The notes under the pieces: generated by a model | The model's database searches: none | Told to the model about the DNA's origin: nothing | Seen by the model: the letters and a program-made list of their open reading frames with translations, nothing else | Part shown: in pieces, positions 1-13,640 of the stretch | How positions within the stretch are numbered: the stretch's first letter is position 1 | Layout: each line of letters begins with the position of its first letter | Assembly: GCA_023213395.1 (NCBI GenBank) | Contig: CM041465.1 | Coordinates: 182,659,741 to 182,723,740 of the forward strand | DNA length: 64,000 nucleotides | Direction of reading: 5' to 3' | Source of the DNA: Cycas panzhihuaensis | Lineage: Eukaryota > Plantae > Cycadophyta | Program-made: the position numbers and the translations under genes

Positions 1-265
1 CCAGGGTCATTTTGGCTGCCTGAAATGATGTCTTGGTCCAGTTTCAGACCAAAAGGAGAACCTCTAGGATGTTTCAGAAAACCTTCAGATTTTTACATTA
101 AGTCCAGAAAGAAAAAAATGAGAGTAGATTTGATGCCTAATGGTTTACTGCCAAATTGACACCAGAATTCTACTACTGTATTGCATAATAGAGGATGGTT
201 AATCTTATGTTTCATAGAGAAGGTACGTATTGATGATTGACCCTACTTTCTGCTTATATACATAG

Positions 266-475
266 GAAGTAGGCAGTGGACCACAGGGGGCTCCTCCAGC
301 ATCAAAAGAAGTTGTTGCAAAATTGCCAGTCATTGATGTTACAGAGGAGGTTTTAGTACAGATTGGAAATGGCATAGAATGCGCTGTGTGCCGGGAGCAC
401 TTAGTTGTCGGTGACAAGATGCAGGAGATGCCTTGCAAGCACTTGTTTCATCCTGATTGCTTGAAGCCATGGCTG
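266..475 (+). CDS. AIP2: AIP2-like RING-H2 E3 ubiquitin ligase, penultimate coding exon (upstream exons outside window)
   Basis: Acceptor catag at 261-265, donor gt at 476. The 70 codons read EVGSGPQGAPPASKEVVAKLPVIDV...CAVCREHLVVGDKMQEMPCKHLFHPDCLKPWL, i.e. the APPASK motif plus the RING-H2 C-x2-C...C-x-H-x2-H-x2-C. Confidence 0.93.
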
Positions 476-598
476 GTACAGTCAACTGTTTTTTTTCCTG
501 ATGAACTGCCTTGTTCTAACAGTCTAAGAAACTTGTTTGTTTGTTATTTTTTTGTTTTTCTGAAATACTCACGGTAGGTACATACTTTACTTTCGCAG

Positions 599-748
599 GA
601 TGAGCACAATTCCTGTCCTATATGTAGGTATGAGTTGCAGACTGATGACCATGATTATGAAAGCAGAAAGGAACGTGAAAAGGAAGCTGAAGAAGAAAGA
701 AAGGGAGCTGAAAATGCCATTCGTGGAGGGGAATATATGTATGTTTGA
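599..748 (+). CDS. AIP2: AIP2-like RING-H2 E3 ligase, last coding exon
   Basis: Phase-0 intron 476-598 ends tttcgcag. The exon reads DEHNSCPICRYELQTDDHDYESRKEREKEAEEERKGAENAIRGGEYMYV*, completing the RING and matching the characteristic AIP2 C-terminus (RGGEYMYV). Confidence 0.93.
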   Translation, partial: DEHNSCPICRYELQTDDHDYESRKEREKEAEEERKGAENAIRGGEYMYV

Positions 749-3394
749 TGCCATAGGCTTATCATGAATTATTGATTAATGAAAACAACCGATTGTTTTG
801 TCCTATGGTTTGTCATTGTTTTATTGATTTATTAGTCATTCTTCAAAATAACTGTATATTCTATTATCAAGAACAATATGAATGTTTTTGTCAACAAAAA
901 TCTCTGCTTGCCAGTTGTATTGTGTACTGAAGTTGCAATGTCCATCAATGTCTACACGTTACATTAAAATACTTGAGCAATAATTCTTGATTCCCATAAA
1001 CTTAGATGAAGTGGAGTTTTTAAGGCCATGGCAGGCAAAATTCTTTTGGGGGCAACTAACATTGAATGTAATTGTATTATCTGGAATTTTTTTCTCTTGT
1101 AAAAGCTGACAGACAATAGATTATGATTAATTAATCTTTTTCATGTTAGTTAAAATAATTTAGAAATTTCTGAGCCTGCTTGTTTGGTCTAGTGGCAAAG
1201 ATTATTGGTTGTCTTCTGTAAGGTCAATTCAATTTTCATGGAGTAATTTGGGTAGGCTAGGTGTAAGTACTTATTTGAGGATTGGGCCTTCTATTACTCA
1301 CATGAATAAAATTTTCATTTATTTTTTTGATTGTGATGACCATGTTTATAGACGAGAAGGATAAAACTATACTTTTTTCTGCTGCTGCAGAAATGTCCAT
1401 GAAGTGCTTTGATATCAGCATTTCAACTGCAAGAATCTGTGTGCTTCTCAATATTGGGAATCTCTGCTAGCTTTGCATGCTTTGAAAGTGCCCTTAATGG
1501 CAGTTAAAACAGCTCCCCATTTACTCAGAACTGCAATTTCCTATTAGCTTTTTATCCGTGGTCATATTTATGCTTGACTAGAGGTGATTGGTGGGGCATT
1601 AAATGGTTCCTATGGTATTTGGTTCTACAACTTTCATGAATCGTTTTACTTTTTCTTGTTTCATGAAGAAATTTAATGAAGTTACATAAACTAATTTTAT
1701 ATGAGCCCATTACAATTCTGGATTGGGTTGAGATAGAATTTCACTATTGTTCTAAGAAGTCTTCCATATTTGAAATTTAGTTTGCTATCAGAACGTTGTT
1801 GAAGCTTTCTGCTAGTCTAGAGTATTGAATATCCATGACCTATATGGTGCCTGTCATTAATGTGGTAGACTGGACCCTAGTTTCTAATAGGTTTACCCCA
1901 GCCTTTGTGATACAAATTACTTAAATTCATAATCAAATTAGGTGTTCAACATCTCCTACACCTAGGACTATGTTTCCAATGAATTGTTCTCTTTTAATGC
2001 AATTCTATGCATGCCAGGAAGTATTCTATGGTGACCTTGGTGTGTGATATTGTAGTAGAACCTACCCCAAAAGTGTAAGTTGCTACAATTCTAAGCTTGT
2101 AGTTGGATATTTTTGATCTCAATGACCAATCATGATCTCTCAATGTTCTTTCTTTTTTTTTCCCTATCCCTTTTGCTTAAGACGTGGTCTTAAATGGTTA
2201 TAGATTAGATGTTTATATATAATGAAAACCAAGGTCCTCAATGCAATTATAGGATAAATGGGTTGTTTAGGGTGGACAAGTTCAACAAAAATTTTGCTTT
2301 GTGCACAAAGCATGAATTAGAAAATGTCATGTACACAAGTTAACTCTTAATACCTAAAGTAGCTTGTCCCATATCTAAATAGCCAATGAGAAATACTTCT
2401 TGTTGGTTGTTTGAAATCATGCTCTTAGGATGGATGCACCATTTATAAACAATATACTTAAAACAAATCTGGAAGTACAATTGCCACTATTAGGGTGGAA
2501 GTATTTTCAATCATGCTCTAGTTCACAATGTTTTGTTGAAGGTTAATGTTTTAGTTAAATGTACTTTTAGATTCCTGTTAGTTAAACATAACTTATGTTA
2601 ATAAAAGTAGTGCATAGTGCCTTTTTTGGCAATTTTTCATTGGCTCTCCTTGGACGCTGCTTATGTACATGTATGTGAGACTATCTCAGAAGAAGTAATG
2701 AGAAAGACATTATACAATTTTGAGTAAGAGTTTGTCTGTTATTTAACATGGTATTAGAGCAAGACTGAAGGGACCAACCTTTGGAGGTTTTAGTGATCAA
2801 AATTTATTTACTAAAGAAAACCTAAAGGGACCACTTAGTGGAGACATTAGGAGCATGCTTCGAAATGTACAATCAGCTGTATGGACCTATATTGAAGTGT
2901 ACGAACTGAAAGAAATCAAAGTTCTTGTATCAACATGAAACTTTCTCAGATTGGGTGCCTCTATACGAAGACCATTCTTCTCCAAAGAACTATCTTCAAA
3001 TTTAGCTTTTATCAGTGAGGATATGAGGATTTGCATTGGTATAGGTTTGGGACTTCTTCTACTCTTTTCTCTCAATTTTGTTAGAAGTTTTTCTTAAGAC
3101 TGGATTCAATCTCTTTCTTTCAATAAGAGCTTTCGATCAAGTATACTTTTGCATGGTCTTTATTGTGATTTTGAAAGATATTTATAGTTTTTCATTGCAA
3201 ACCCTAGCTGCCTATAGTGCTTTTGGGTCAATTTTCTCTCTGTTCATATGCATTTGAAAATCCAACTTCAAATTTGGATAGGCTATCTCAAAGCCTTTGT
3301 TTTAACACCATATTCATTTTTTACTTTCTGGTGTTCATACAACTATACATAACTATACAATTATGTCTATACGATCTTCTTCTATCTACATTCA

Positions 3395-6300
3395 ATGGCC
3401 TCCATCTATTCTCTTGTCGAGAATAGCAAATTATCTAGACCCAACTATTCTGCCTGGAGGATTAAAATGAAAAATATTATGGCTGCCAAAAATGTATGGA
3501 AATTAGTTGAAAGAATAAAGACCCATTTAGGAAATGTTGATAATGTCAAACTTGCCAATTGGGAAGAGAGGGACAACCATGCCCTTGCAACCATTTCCTT
3601 GTTAGTTGCAAGTTCCTTGTTAACTCACATCAGTGAGGCCACCTCAGCTTCTGAAGCTTGGAAAACTCGTCTCCTTATTTCACCAACAAAATGAGACTAG
3701 GATAGTTTCTTTAAGAGAGCAATTGTATCAGATTCAGTTGATAGTAGGAGAGCTTGTATCCAACTTCATCACCAGGATTGTTGAAGTCAAAGAAAATATT
3801 GCATTTGCCAGTGAACCCGTATCAAACATATAACTCATCTGACTTGTGCTTAACAAGTTACCTAAATCTCTTGACAATTTGGTGAATACACTCACCATAA
3901 GTGGGCAAGCATCCAGTATGACTTTTGATACTTTGTGTGGTCATCTTCTACAGTAGAAGCAAAGAATCAAAAGGTATGAAGAAACAAGGGAGCTTGAAGA
4001 AACTTTTGTAACTAGGCTAAGCCTCAGGGTAGAGGTCTACCTAGAAGTCACTCAAAGGGGAGAGGAGGATCTATAGGTAATAGACTGGAGGACTCCAAAA
4101 TCTACTATTATTGCAGGAAATCATGTGACATTATTAGAGATTGCCATTAAAGAAGAGCAAAGATTACTCAAGGGAAGAAAGCTATAGGGAACTATAACAA
4201 GGAGTAGCAAACTGAAAATAAAGAAGAGATTGCTTTCATTACAACATTGGCTTTATCCATCTGATCCAACATAGATTGGTTCATTGACTCTAGAGCATTT
4301 TAACATATGACTGCAAAAAGGGATAGGTTCAAATCTCTTCACCCTCATCTTCTTAGTGACTTAGTTGAGCTTGGGGATGACTCCACTTTAAGCATTGAAG
4401 AAAAAGGATCTATTGCGATTAAGATCAAGGAAGAAGTAAAAAGAATAAGCACTGTCCTCCTTGTACCTATTCTAAAGAAAAATCTTTTATTTGTATCTTC
4501 CCTAATGAAGAAGTAAAAACTTTGTGTCATCTTTGCTGAGGAAAAGTGCTTCATTTGTGACAAAAGAAAACTAATCTTGTAATAGTCGAAGGGATAGAGA
4601 CTAATAAGTTGTATAAATTAGTCTCTATACCTATAATTTAGTCTCTTTCTATGTGAAGATATAATAATAATAATAATAAAATTTGACATTCTCAGTATGG
4701 GCACATCACAAATGACAGGTTAGTGATGCTAAAAAATTTTAATATGTTGTATGATTTACCAAATATTTCTTTGAAAACTGATGTTTATGAAGGGTGCATG
4801 CTAGGGAAGTAACACAAATCTCAATTTTAAATAAGCACTTGGAGAGCTCAAGTGAAATTTGAATTGGTGCATAATGACTAATGTGGACTAATCTCTCCAA
4901 ATTCTATCAAGGGTGCCAAGGCTTTTCTTACCTCCATAGACAACTTTAGTAGGAAGGTTTGGGTTTACTTTATCACAAAAAAAATCAAAAGCTTTTGATG
5001 TATTTAAAGAATTTAGAGCCTTAGTCAAAGTAGAAAGTAGTCATAAGCTTAAAATTCTAAGGGGAGATAGAAGGGGAGAATATGTCTCAAATGCCTTGTA
5101 CAAATACTATAAAGCCTATGGCATACATGAGCAACTTGCCATTGCCTACACCCCTCAGTCAAATGGAGTTATAAAAATGCTAAATAAATCAATAATAGAA
5201 ATGGCCATGTGCATGCTAAAAGAAAATGGGGTCTCAAACATTTGTTGGATAGAAGGATGTTAAATAAATAATGTTCTATCTTTTGTATTCTAAAGTGCTC
5301 TAAAGTAAAGTTGAGAGTTATGTGTCCAACCCCTCTTTAATGTATTATTGACACTTGGTTGGCATGCACTAACTTCTTTATGTATGCATGATGTATTTAT
5401 ACGAAGGTGTCTCTCTCCTCACTAATGCATTGAAGCATTGTCTTCTCAGATTCATTGCATGTTTTGACAAAACAGTCAAAACTGCAATATATTTTATTAA
5501 TAAAAATCCCACTAGAACCTTTATGTTCACACTCCAGATCAGAAAAAATCAAAATTAGATAATAAAAGCATCCTAGTTGGGTACAACAACAAGTCTAAAG
5601 CATACAAGTATCTAGATCTAAAAACAAACCAAATTTACATTAGCAAGGATGTAACCTTTGATGAAATGTTAAAGAAAGAAGATCATAAAGCTATTTTGCT
5701 AAAAAGATCAGTTTAGAAAGAGGTCATAACTCATAGGAGTCAAGATGTAGTCAACCACAGTTCTTCAAAAAAGAGAACCTAGAAAATGGCATCCTAGAAA
5801 TCACACCTTCAATGGCAAGCGAGTAGCAAATAGAAAATAATCAATTAGGAGCAAGGATAGCCAAATGGTATTTAAAAAGTTTGGAGGGATCTAGAGGTGA
5901 GACATTTGAGTAGCGAACAAGGCTTCAAAAACAAGAAGTCTTAACTTGTTTTTTAGAACCTCAAAATTATTAAGAAGCTCACATAAATAAAGAATTGGAA
6001 GTTGTAATGGAAAAACAACTTCTTGTTATTGAACATAATAAAAGCTGGGAGTTGGTACCTTCTCCTAAAGGAAAACCTAAAATCGAGTGCAAATAGATCT
6101 ACAATAACAAGGAAAATCCTGATGGCAACATTGCAAAATATAAAACTTGATTAGTTGCCAAAGGGTATACTTAGCCTTGAGGAATTGACTATGAGGAAAC
6201 ATTTGTTTTAATGGCAAAAATGATCACAATTCACACTGTTATAGCCTTGCAACTAGTATGATTGGGAAATGATACAACTTGATGTGAAAAGTGTCTTCTT

Positions 6301-7470
6301 GAACGAAGATCTGACAAAATAAGTTTATATGGAACAACCTCCTAGCTTCATAAAAAAGGGCAAAGAAAATTTGGGATGTAGATTAAAGAAGGCACTTTAT
6401 CGTTTGAAGTAGGCTCCACGAGCTTGGTATGATAAATTGGATACTCACCTTAGAGGAAATGGGTTAAGAAGATGCGAGTCTAATCTAAGTTTGTACATAA
6501 AGAGTAGAGGAAAGAATTTGGTCACCATAATCATGTTATATGTTGATGATTTGATTGTCACAGGAAATGATCGTGACGTTATCAAATAGGTGAAACTAGA
6601 AATAAAGGACAAATTTGAAATGTCAAATTTGAGCTCTCTTCACTACTATTTGGGGATTGAAATCAACTAGGAGGATAATGGTATTTTTATTTCTCAGGAA
6701 AAATATTCTAAAACTCTTCTCAGAAGATTCAATATAGAAGAATGCAAACTATGTGCCACTCCCATGAAAACAGGCTGCTTCTTAACAACTGATGAAGAAA
6801 GCAAGAATGCAGATGATACCTTTATCGACAATTGATTGGGAGTCTTATTTATCTTACAACAACCTAACTAGATATTTCATACTTTGTTGGCATAATGTCC
6901 AGATACATGAGTAAGCCTAAAATATCTCATTGGATTGTAGTAGACCACATCTTCAGATATATCACAGGCACTTTGAACCTTGGAGTGAACTACAACAAGG
7001 CTATAGAACCCAAGTTGATCAATTATTGTGACTCACACTGGCAGGTGAGAAGCAAGAAAGAAAGAGTACTTCAAGGTATTGGTTCAACCTAGGATCTACA
7101 ATTATTTCATGGAGTAACAAAAAATAACTTATTGTAGCTCTATCCTCCATAAAGGCTGAATACAAGGTAGTAGTAAATGCAACTTGTGAAATAATATGAC
7201 TCAAATAATTGCTTAAGGATCTAAACCTTGAATATTCAAATGCAACTCAAATCATCTGCGATAGCTAGAGCACCATCAAGATAATAAAGAACCTAGTCTT
7301 CCATGCCTAAACAGAGAATATAGAAGTCCATTATCATTTTATCAAAGAAAAGGTTCAAAGCAAAGAAATTGAACTCCAATACTATAGTAGTGAATTTTAA
7401 TTAGCTTTTATTTTTACTACACCTCTGGAAAAGGACAAATTCTTGCGCTTCAAAAAAATCTTAGAATCAA
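3395..7470 (+). pseudogene. E1 gag-pol, many stops and frameshifts
   Basis: ORF fragments NYSAWRIKMK (gag), ELGDDSTL (protease region), YTPQSNG (integrase), MLYVDDLIVTG (RT), YCDSHW (RNase H start). Confidence 0.9.
5258..5469. mobile_element. Solo LTR inserted in the E1 integrase
   Basis: 212 bp, TGTT...GACA termini, interrupts W-I-E-A-V-K-T. Flanks aagga/aaaca are each one change from an AAGCA TSD. Confidence 0.75.
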
Positions 7471-9453
7471 ATAGAAAGGGTAAAACTTTAAGAGGAGGTG
7501 TTAAAAGTTAATAATTTACTTAAATGCACTTTTAGAGTTCTCTTAGTTAAGCATAACTTATGTTACTAAAAGTTGTTCATAGTGCCTTTTTTGGAAATCT
7601 CTTATTGACTCTCCTTGGAGGCTACTTATATATATGTGTGTGAGACGATCTCACAAGAAATAATGAAAACGACATATATACTATTTTGAATAAGAGTCTG
7701 TTTGTTTTCTAACATGGTTAACTTGACATTGCTTTACAATTTATTGGTAGGGTAAGATTAACATAACTCAGCTTTGCTCATGCTTAGCTCACTCTCTCTA
7801 TTATGGAGTGGACAATTCAAAACATTAATGAATTATAGTTGATCAACAATGACATGAAGTATTGACATTGCAGATTAAAATATAAGTGACCCCTTGCACA
7901 TGCATAATTGGATGCCACAAATAAAATGTTTATTTGGCTATATGCATATTAACTCTCTATTAAATCTTTTTTTGCTACTTTAGGAAAAATAACATTCAAT
8001 TTCACAGTTTTCTACATGACAATGTACATTACTTGGCTTGGCATGCCAAATTGCATTTGATGACTACAAGTAGTAGGAATGCCTTATAGTTATCTTTTGT
8101 GATAAGTGAAGTGATGTCAAATTACTAGGATTTCATGTATTGAAATCATCTCCCACTTATTGTATCGATTTTGAGTCATTTCTTGAGCTCATATAGTCCC
8201 CTTTTCTCATTGTTTTGCAAAGGCAATTGCCTTTATTGTGGTTTTGTAGGGTGTAGATTGGGATAATGGGGATCTTGCCTAGTGTTGTCTCTCACTAGAT
8301 TATAGCACCTTTAAATACCTTGAGAGAGTTGTTATGGTGCATTTACCAACAATTAATTGAATCTGTGCAATTTTGGCATTGGTAGTAATGGGCAAAAGTT
8401 ACACTATCTCAACCTCAAAAGGGGTTGATTTAATAGTTGAATTGTTGTGTCTATCCCATCATGTTATAATCTATTTGCAATTTGTCCACTTCTATAAACT
8501 ATTTGCAACCAATCCCCTATAAATAGAGAACTACATCCAACACTCAAACCAATGTCAGCAGATTAGTTAGGCTCCTTGTTGCAACCATTTCAACTAATGC
8601 TTTTCTTGAAGATATAATTTTAGTTTTACATTTGCCATCACCCTATAGAGGTGATTGTTCAACTTGCAAGTATCACACTATGGAAGAAAGAGGAAATTTT
8701 GTTGTAAAAAATGGTATGCAAAATTTCCCTTTTGGTGTTAAGTGCACGATCCATCTTGTATTTGCATGTAGTTTGGCCTTGTTTTAGTTCTTTCGTAGAG
8801 TTTGTTAGTGTAAATTGATTGTTTTATTCACGCCCAATTCAATGTTGTTTTCAATTCATTTGTTGAGTTTCTTAACATAAAACTTGGCTAACCCTGCGAG
8901 TTTCCTTGATGAGTTCTAATATGATTTCAATTGAGAATTTGTTTAACCGTTCACTCCTCATCTATATGGATAGTCTCTATTGACAAAGAATGGTCAATGG
9001 TTAATAACTGGTGTCAAGTGATGGTTGATAGCGGTCGACTTACATTTCACTTCAAGAATCAAAGTATGGTTGCAGGGGAAGGAGCCAATTCAAAAAAAAT
9101 AATGAAAAAGAGGGAAAGGGGAATCCTATTAGGCTATATGACTTGACCATATAGGACATTATATGTTGTGTCACATGTGATATATGTATATGTTGATGTT
9201 TATCATCACATGTCACATTAAGATTTTTGCATGAATTACATGTGAACACTGTTGATCCTTGTTGTGGTTGTTCTTATTGCCCCTTGAAACATGAAGTTTT
9301 AGAATGCAATGATGATGGTTGATGTGCTTTAATTGAATAACTCATTGATAGTGTTGAGATATTAACATTAGATTGGAGAAGAACTTGTTTCTTTATTATG
9401 AGAGATGAACTCTTTATATACAAAATGAAATTGTAACCACCATGTATTTGGCT

Positions 9454-9471
9454 GACACGTGGCATACACGT
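9454..9471. promoter_or_regulatory. ABRE/G-box (GACACGTGGC) plus second ACGT core in the E2 LTR (copy at 14402-14419)
   Basis: Matches the ACGTGGC ABRE consensus in both LTR copies. Function untested. Confidence 0.4.
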
Positions 9472-9559
9472 CTATGTTACATGAGAAGGTGTTTTATATG
9501 ACAAATCTTCCTAGATCAAATATTATATTCTGACACCCTCTCTTAATATTTTATCTTTT

Positions 9560-12500
9560 TAATCCTATTTGTCTCTAAGGGTTTGAATTTATCCTTGCTA
9601 TGTGGCTTTGTTAATATATCTATAATCTGTGCATTTGTTGAGCAGTATATTAGATCAATTTCTTCGCTTTTGACATTTCCCTGTATGAAGTGATGATACA
9701 CTTCAATGTGCTTTGTTCGAGCATGAAGAACTAGGTTTCTAGTTAGGTTGATGGCACTCTAATTGTCACAGAACAACGTTGTTGACTCCTTTTGGTGTTG
9801 ATCCAAATATGTCAAAAGTTGTCTTAGCCAAACTACTTCACATGCTGCACTAACAACTAACTTATATTCAACTTCTGTGGATGAGAGAGCAATTGTAGGT
9901 TGTATTTTGTTACTTCAGGAATTTGTTATTAATCTAAGAAAAAAAAAAACTTACTTATTGATCTTCTTTTTTCTTTGTCTGCTGCCCAATCTGAATCATA
10001 ATATCTAATTAATTTGTTTGATTTCAATCTAGGATATGTGAGTTTCAGATTAGTTGTTCCTTTTAGATATCTAAGTATTCTTTTTGTAGCTTTCTAATGT
10101 TTCACCTTTAGATCTTGCATACACCTGGAAACTAGACTTATTGAATATGATATATCAGGTTTAATTGTTGTTAGGTATATTAGGCTACCAATCAATTACC
10201 TATACAAAGTTTCATTGACTCCAGCTTCCCTTTCATCTGGGGTGAGATCACAATTGATTTCCATTGGTATTATGCAAATGTTGCTCTCTTCCATTTTAAA
10301 TTTTGTTAACAGATTTTTTGATATATCTACTTTGAGACAAGGAGATTGAATCTTGTTTTCGATCAACCTCTATTCCAGATAGTAGTTCAGAAGTCTCAAA
10401 TCTGTCATTTCAAAACCTTTTTCTATTTGAATACTTATATTATCTACAGACTTTGCATCACTACCTGTAAGTATCATATTATCCACATATACTACAATGA
10501 TAGTGATTAATTCTTATCTTCTCTTTGCATATAAACTACAGTCAGAGCTGCACCTGTGAAAGCCATTCTAGATAAGGTACTTATCTAACTTGGTGTACCA
10601 GGTTCTTGGAGCTTGTTTTAGCCTATATAATAATTTTTTAAAGTCTACAAACAATATTTTTTTGCTTGTTTTGCACATACCCTTCTAGTTGTTTCATGTA
10701 AACTTCTTCTTTGAGTTCACCATTTAGAAAAGTGCTCCACATTTAATTGATAGACTTTCCAATTATGTTGAGCTGCTAATGCAATTACTACTCTCACAGT
10801 GTCCAATTCAGCTATTAGTGAGAATGTTTCTTCATAGCCTATTCCAGTAGTCTGTGTATAGCCTTTAACTACTAACCTAGCCTTGTACTTGTTTATTTTG
10901 CCATCATCATTCTCCTTTATCTTGTATACCCATTTGCATTTGACTACTGACTTGCTATTAGGTAATTCTACCAATTCCCATGTTTGATTTTTGGAGATCA
11001 ATTGCATCTTTGCATCCATTGCAGCTTGCCAATCCTTATGTCCTTTTGCTTCTTCAAATGATTGTGACTCTATGTTAGTGAACAAGGCTTGATGCTTTTG
11101 ATGTCTTGTCCTATGTATATATATCTCTTTTACCTTCTTTGATAGTCTTGAGATACTATTTTGGTATTCTTTTTTCCTTCTTTCTTTCTTTCTCAATGAC
11201 AGAGTTTTTGGAAGATGCTTCTTCTTCTTCAGTGGGTGGACTTTCATGAGACTATGAAGCCCTCTCTGATTCATCTGTTTCCATATCCTCAGAAGCAATC
11301 CTAGAGACTTCTTCTGTAGGAGGCTCTTCTTGAGATATTCCCTATGGTGTTTCTTCAAGTATTTGTTAAATTGAAGAATCTTTCATAAGATCATCTTCAT
11401 TAAATACCACATCTCTACTTATATAGATCTTATTTGTTCTAGGATCTATACATTTATAGGCCTTGGAGTTCTTGCTATAGCTAATCATTACACATTCTAT
11501 ACTTTTTGAGTCAAGTTTAGATCTTTTCTTATTTAGGATATGAACAAATAATTGACTTCCAAAAATATTCAAATTACTTACATCTGGTTTGATGCCTATC
11601 TAGGCTTCTTCAGGAGTAATTTGATCCAAGGCCCTTGTAGAACTCTAGTTTATGAGATAGTCAGTTGTGCAAACTGCCTCTGTCGAGTATGGTTTTGAGA
11701 CATTCCTTTCTTCGATCATACTGTGAGCCATTTCCATAATCGTCTTGTTTTTACGTTCTACAACTCTATTGGATTGAGGTGTATATGGAATTGTTATCTG
11801 TTTATGTATTCCATGATCCTTATAGTAATTCAAAAGATCTTTCAAGATGTATTCTCCTCCACCATCTAATATGATATACTTTATTTTAAGTCTAGATTCT
11901 AATTCAACTTCAGCCTTAAATTCTTTACATTTTTCAAAAATCTCAGATTTACTGTAGAGAAAGTAAATCCAAGTTTTCCTAGAAAAGTCATCAATGAATA
12001 TTAAGAAGTATCTAACACCATTTATTAAATGAGGAGTAAGAGGACCACATAAGTCAATATGTATCAGTTCTAACTTGTTTTGAGCTCGTCGTTCATTTGT
12101 CTTAAAAGGGAAACGATGTTGTTTTCCAAGCAAATGACTTTGCAAACAAAGTGTTGAAATAAGATATTAGGAAGACCATCAAACATTTTTTATTTTTGCA
12201 ATTGAGCTAACCTATTAGAGGAAATATGCCCTTACTTCAAATTCCACAATTTATTATTATCAGTATTGACTGCAATACATGATTTTACATCTTTATTAGT
12301 TGTTACAAGATTAGAAAGTAACATATACAAGTCATTACTTTCTATTCCTTTAGCAATTATCACACTATTTTTTTTCATGTGCAAGATGTAACAGTGTCCT
12401 TTTTTATCAAAAGCTGTCCTCAACTTTTTCTTTCCTAACTGTGAAATTCTTTTTCAACCTAGGTACAAAAAACACATTACCAATTTTCTATACAACACCT

Positions 12501-13640
12501 TTTATTTTGGCTGCTATGGTTCTGAACTTTTTGATGTTTAATGGGTACTTATCCCCTAACTCAATAGATTTGTTAGAAGAGTAGGGTTTTAGGGATTCAA
12601 ATAAGTCCTCATGTCCTGTCATATGCCTTGATGCTCTAGAGTCAATGTACCACACTTCTTCGTCCTTGAGATTGCATGTGAGTGCAACAATAAATGCTAT
12701 TTCTTCACCTTCATCATCTTGTTCTTTGCTAAAATTTCCTGCAGGACATTTCCCAATTTGGATTTCAGCTCTTCTCTGTGAGCATTGATAGGGATAATGC
12801 CCAAATTGGCTGCAGTGATAACAAACGTTAAAAGACTTGCAATTGCTTGAAAAGCGCTATGATTTCCTGTAGTTGAAGCATACCCTTACTTCTCTGGGTA
12901 GAACGCTACGTCCTCATCCTCGACTCTCTTACCGCCTTCCACATAATGGACTTCTGATATCTGAGCCTTGTGCATGACTGCGAACTTGCCCCCTTCCTCT
13001 GGGTCCAAGATGGAGTTTGGTTATAAATGCATCTTCTACCTCTGCTACAACTTCGTATCGTTTATTTCTTTGTTCATGTCTCAATAACAAGCCTATTAAG
13101 GCATCAAGAGTCATTGTATTAATTTGATCATTATTGGTTATTGTGTTAATTGTGACATCAAACAATTTCAGAAAGTTGCTTGCTATCATTTCTACAATCT
13201 CCTATTCGGATATATTAGCTTCAACACTCAACAGATCATTTCTGATTGATACAACCTTGTGAATGAAGTTCGAAATTGTCTTTGTATCTTCTATGTATAA
13301 CTTAAACAACTCTTCTTTGAGGACTATGATTCTAGCCTGATTCTTTTGGCTATACATATTTTCAAACATTTTTTAGGTTGTTGAAGAAGAATTTAGTTTC
13401 TGAACATAGATGAGAAGAGGATAAAAACAAATAGTTTCAACACAAGTACCCCTGCATTATCTCTTTCTTCCCAATTGGTTTAAGCAATACTAACAACTAC
13501 AAACTTTGTTTCAATCTTGATGGCTATATTCTAAGTATTTTTTACCCTTACTGGGGTTTCCACTTTAATTTTCCAAATATGGTAGTTGGAATCAGTCAGT
13601 TTATCTTGTTCTATGAGTGTTAGAATTAAAGAGGCGATGA
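9560..13640 (-). pseudogene. E2 gag-pol
   Basis: ORFs with LIHIDLCGP and FIDDFSRKTW (integrase), TWELVELP...KYKARLV (RT), plus gag fragments. Confidence 0.9.

Larger units (their letters stand above)
2534..7714 (+). mobile_element. Ty1/copia LTR retrotransposon E1, full length, degenerate
   Basis: LTRs 2534-2748 and 7499-7714 (TG...CA), PBS tggtattagagc 2749-2760, PPT aagaggagg before 7499, TSD tgttt/tggtt. Domain order is gag, protease, integrase, RT (YVDD at ~6538), RNase H. Confidence 0.93.

Noticed and set aside
476-577. C-terminal part of ORF 323..577 (VQSTVFF...)
   Set aside because: Read-through into the intron. The RING domain is completed only by splicing 475 to 599.
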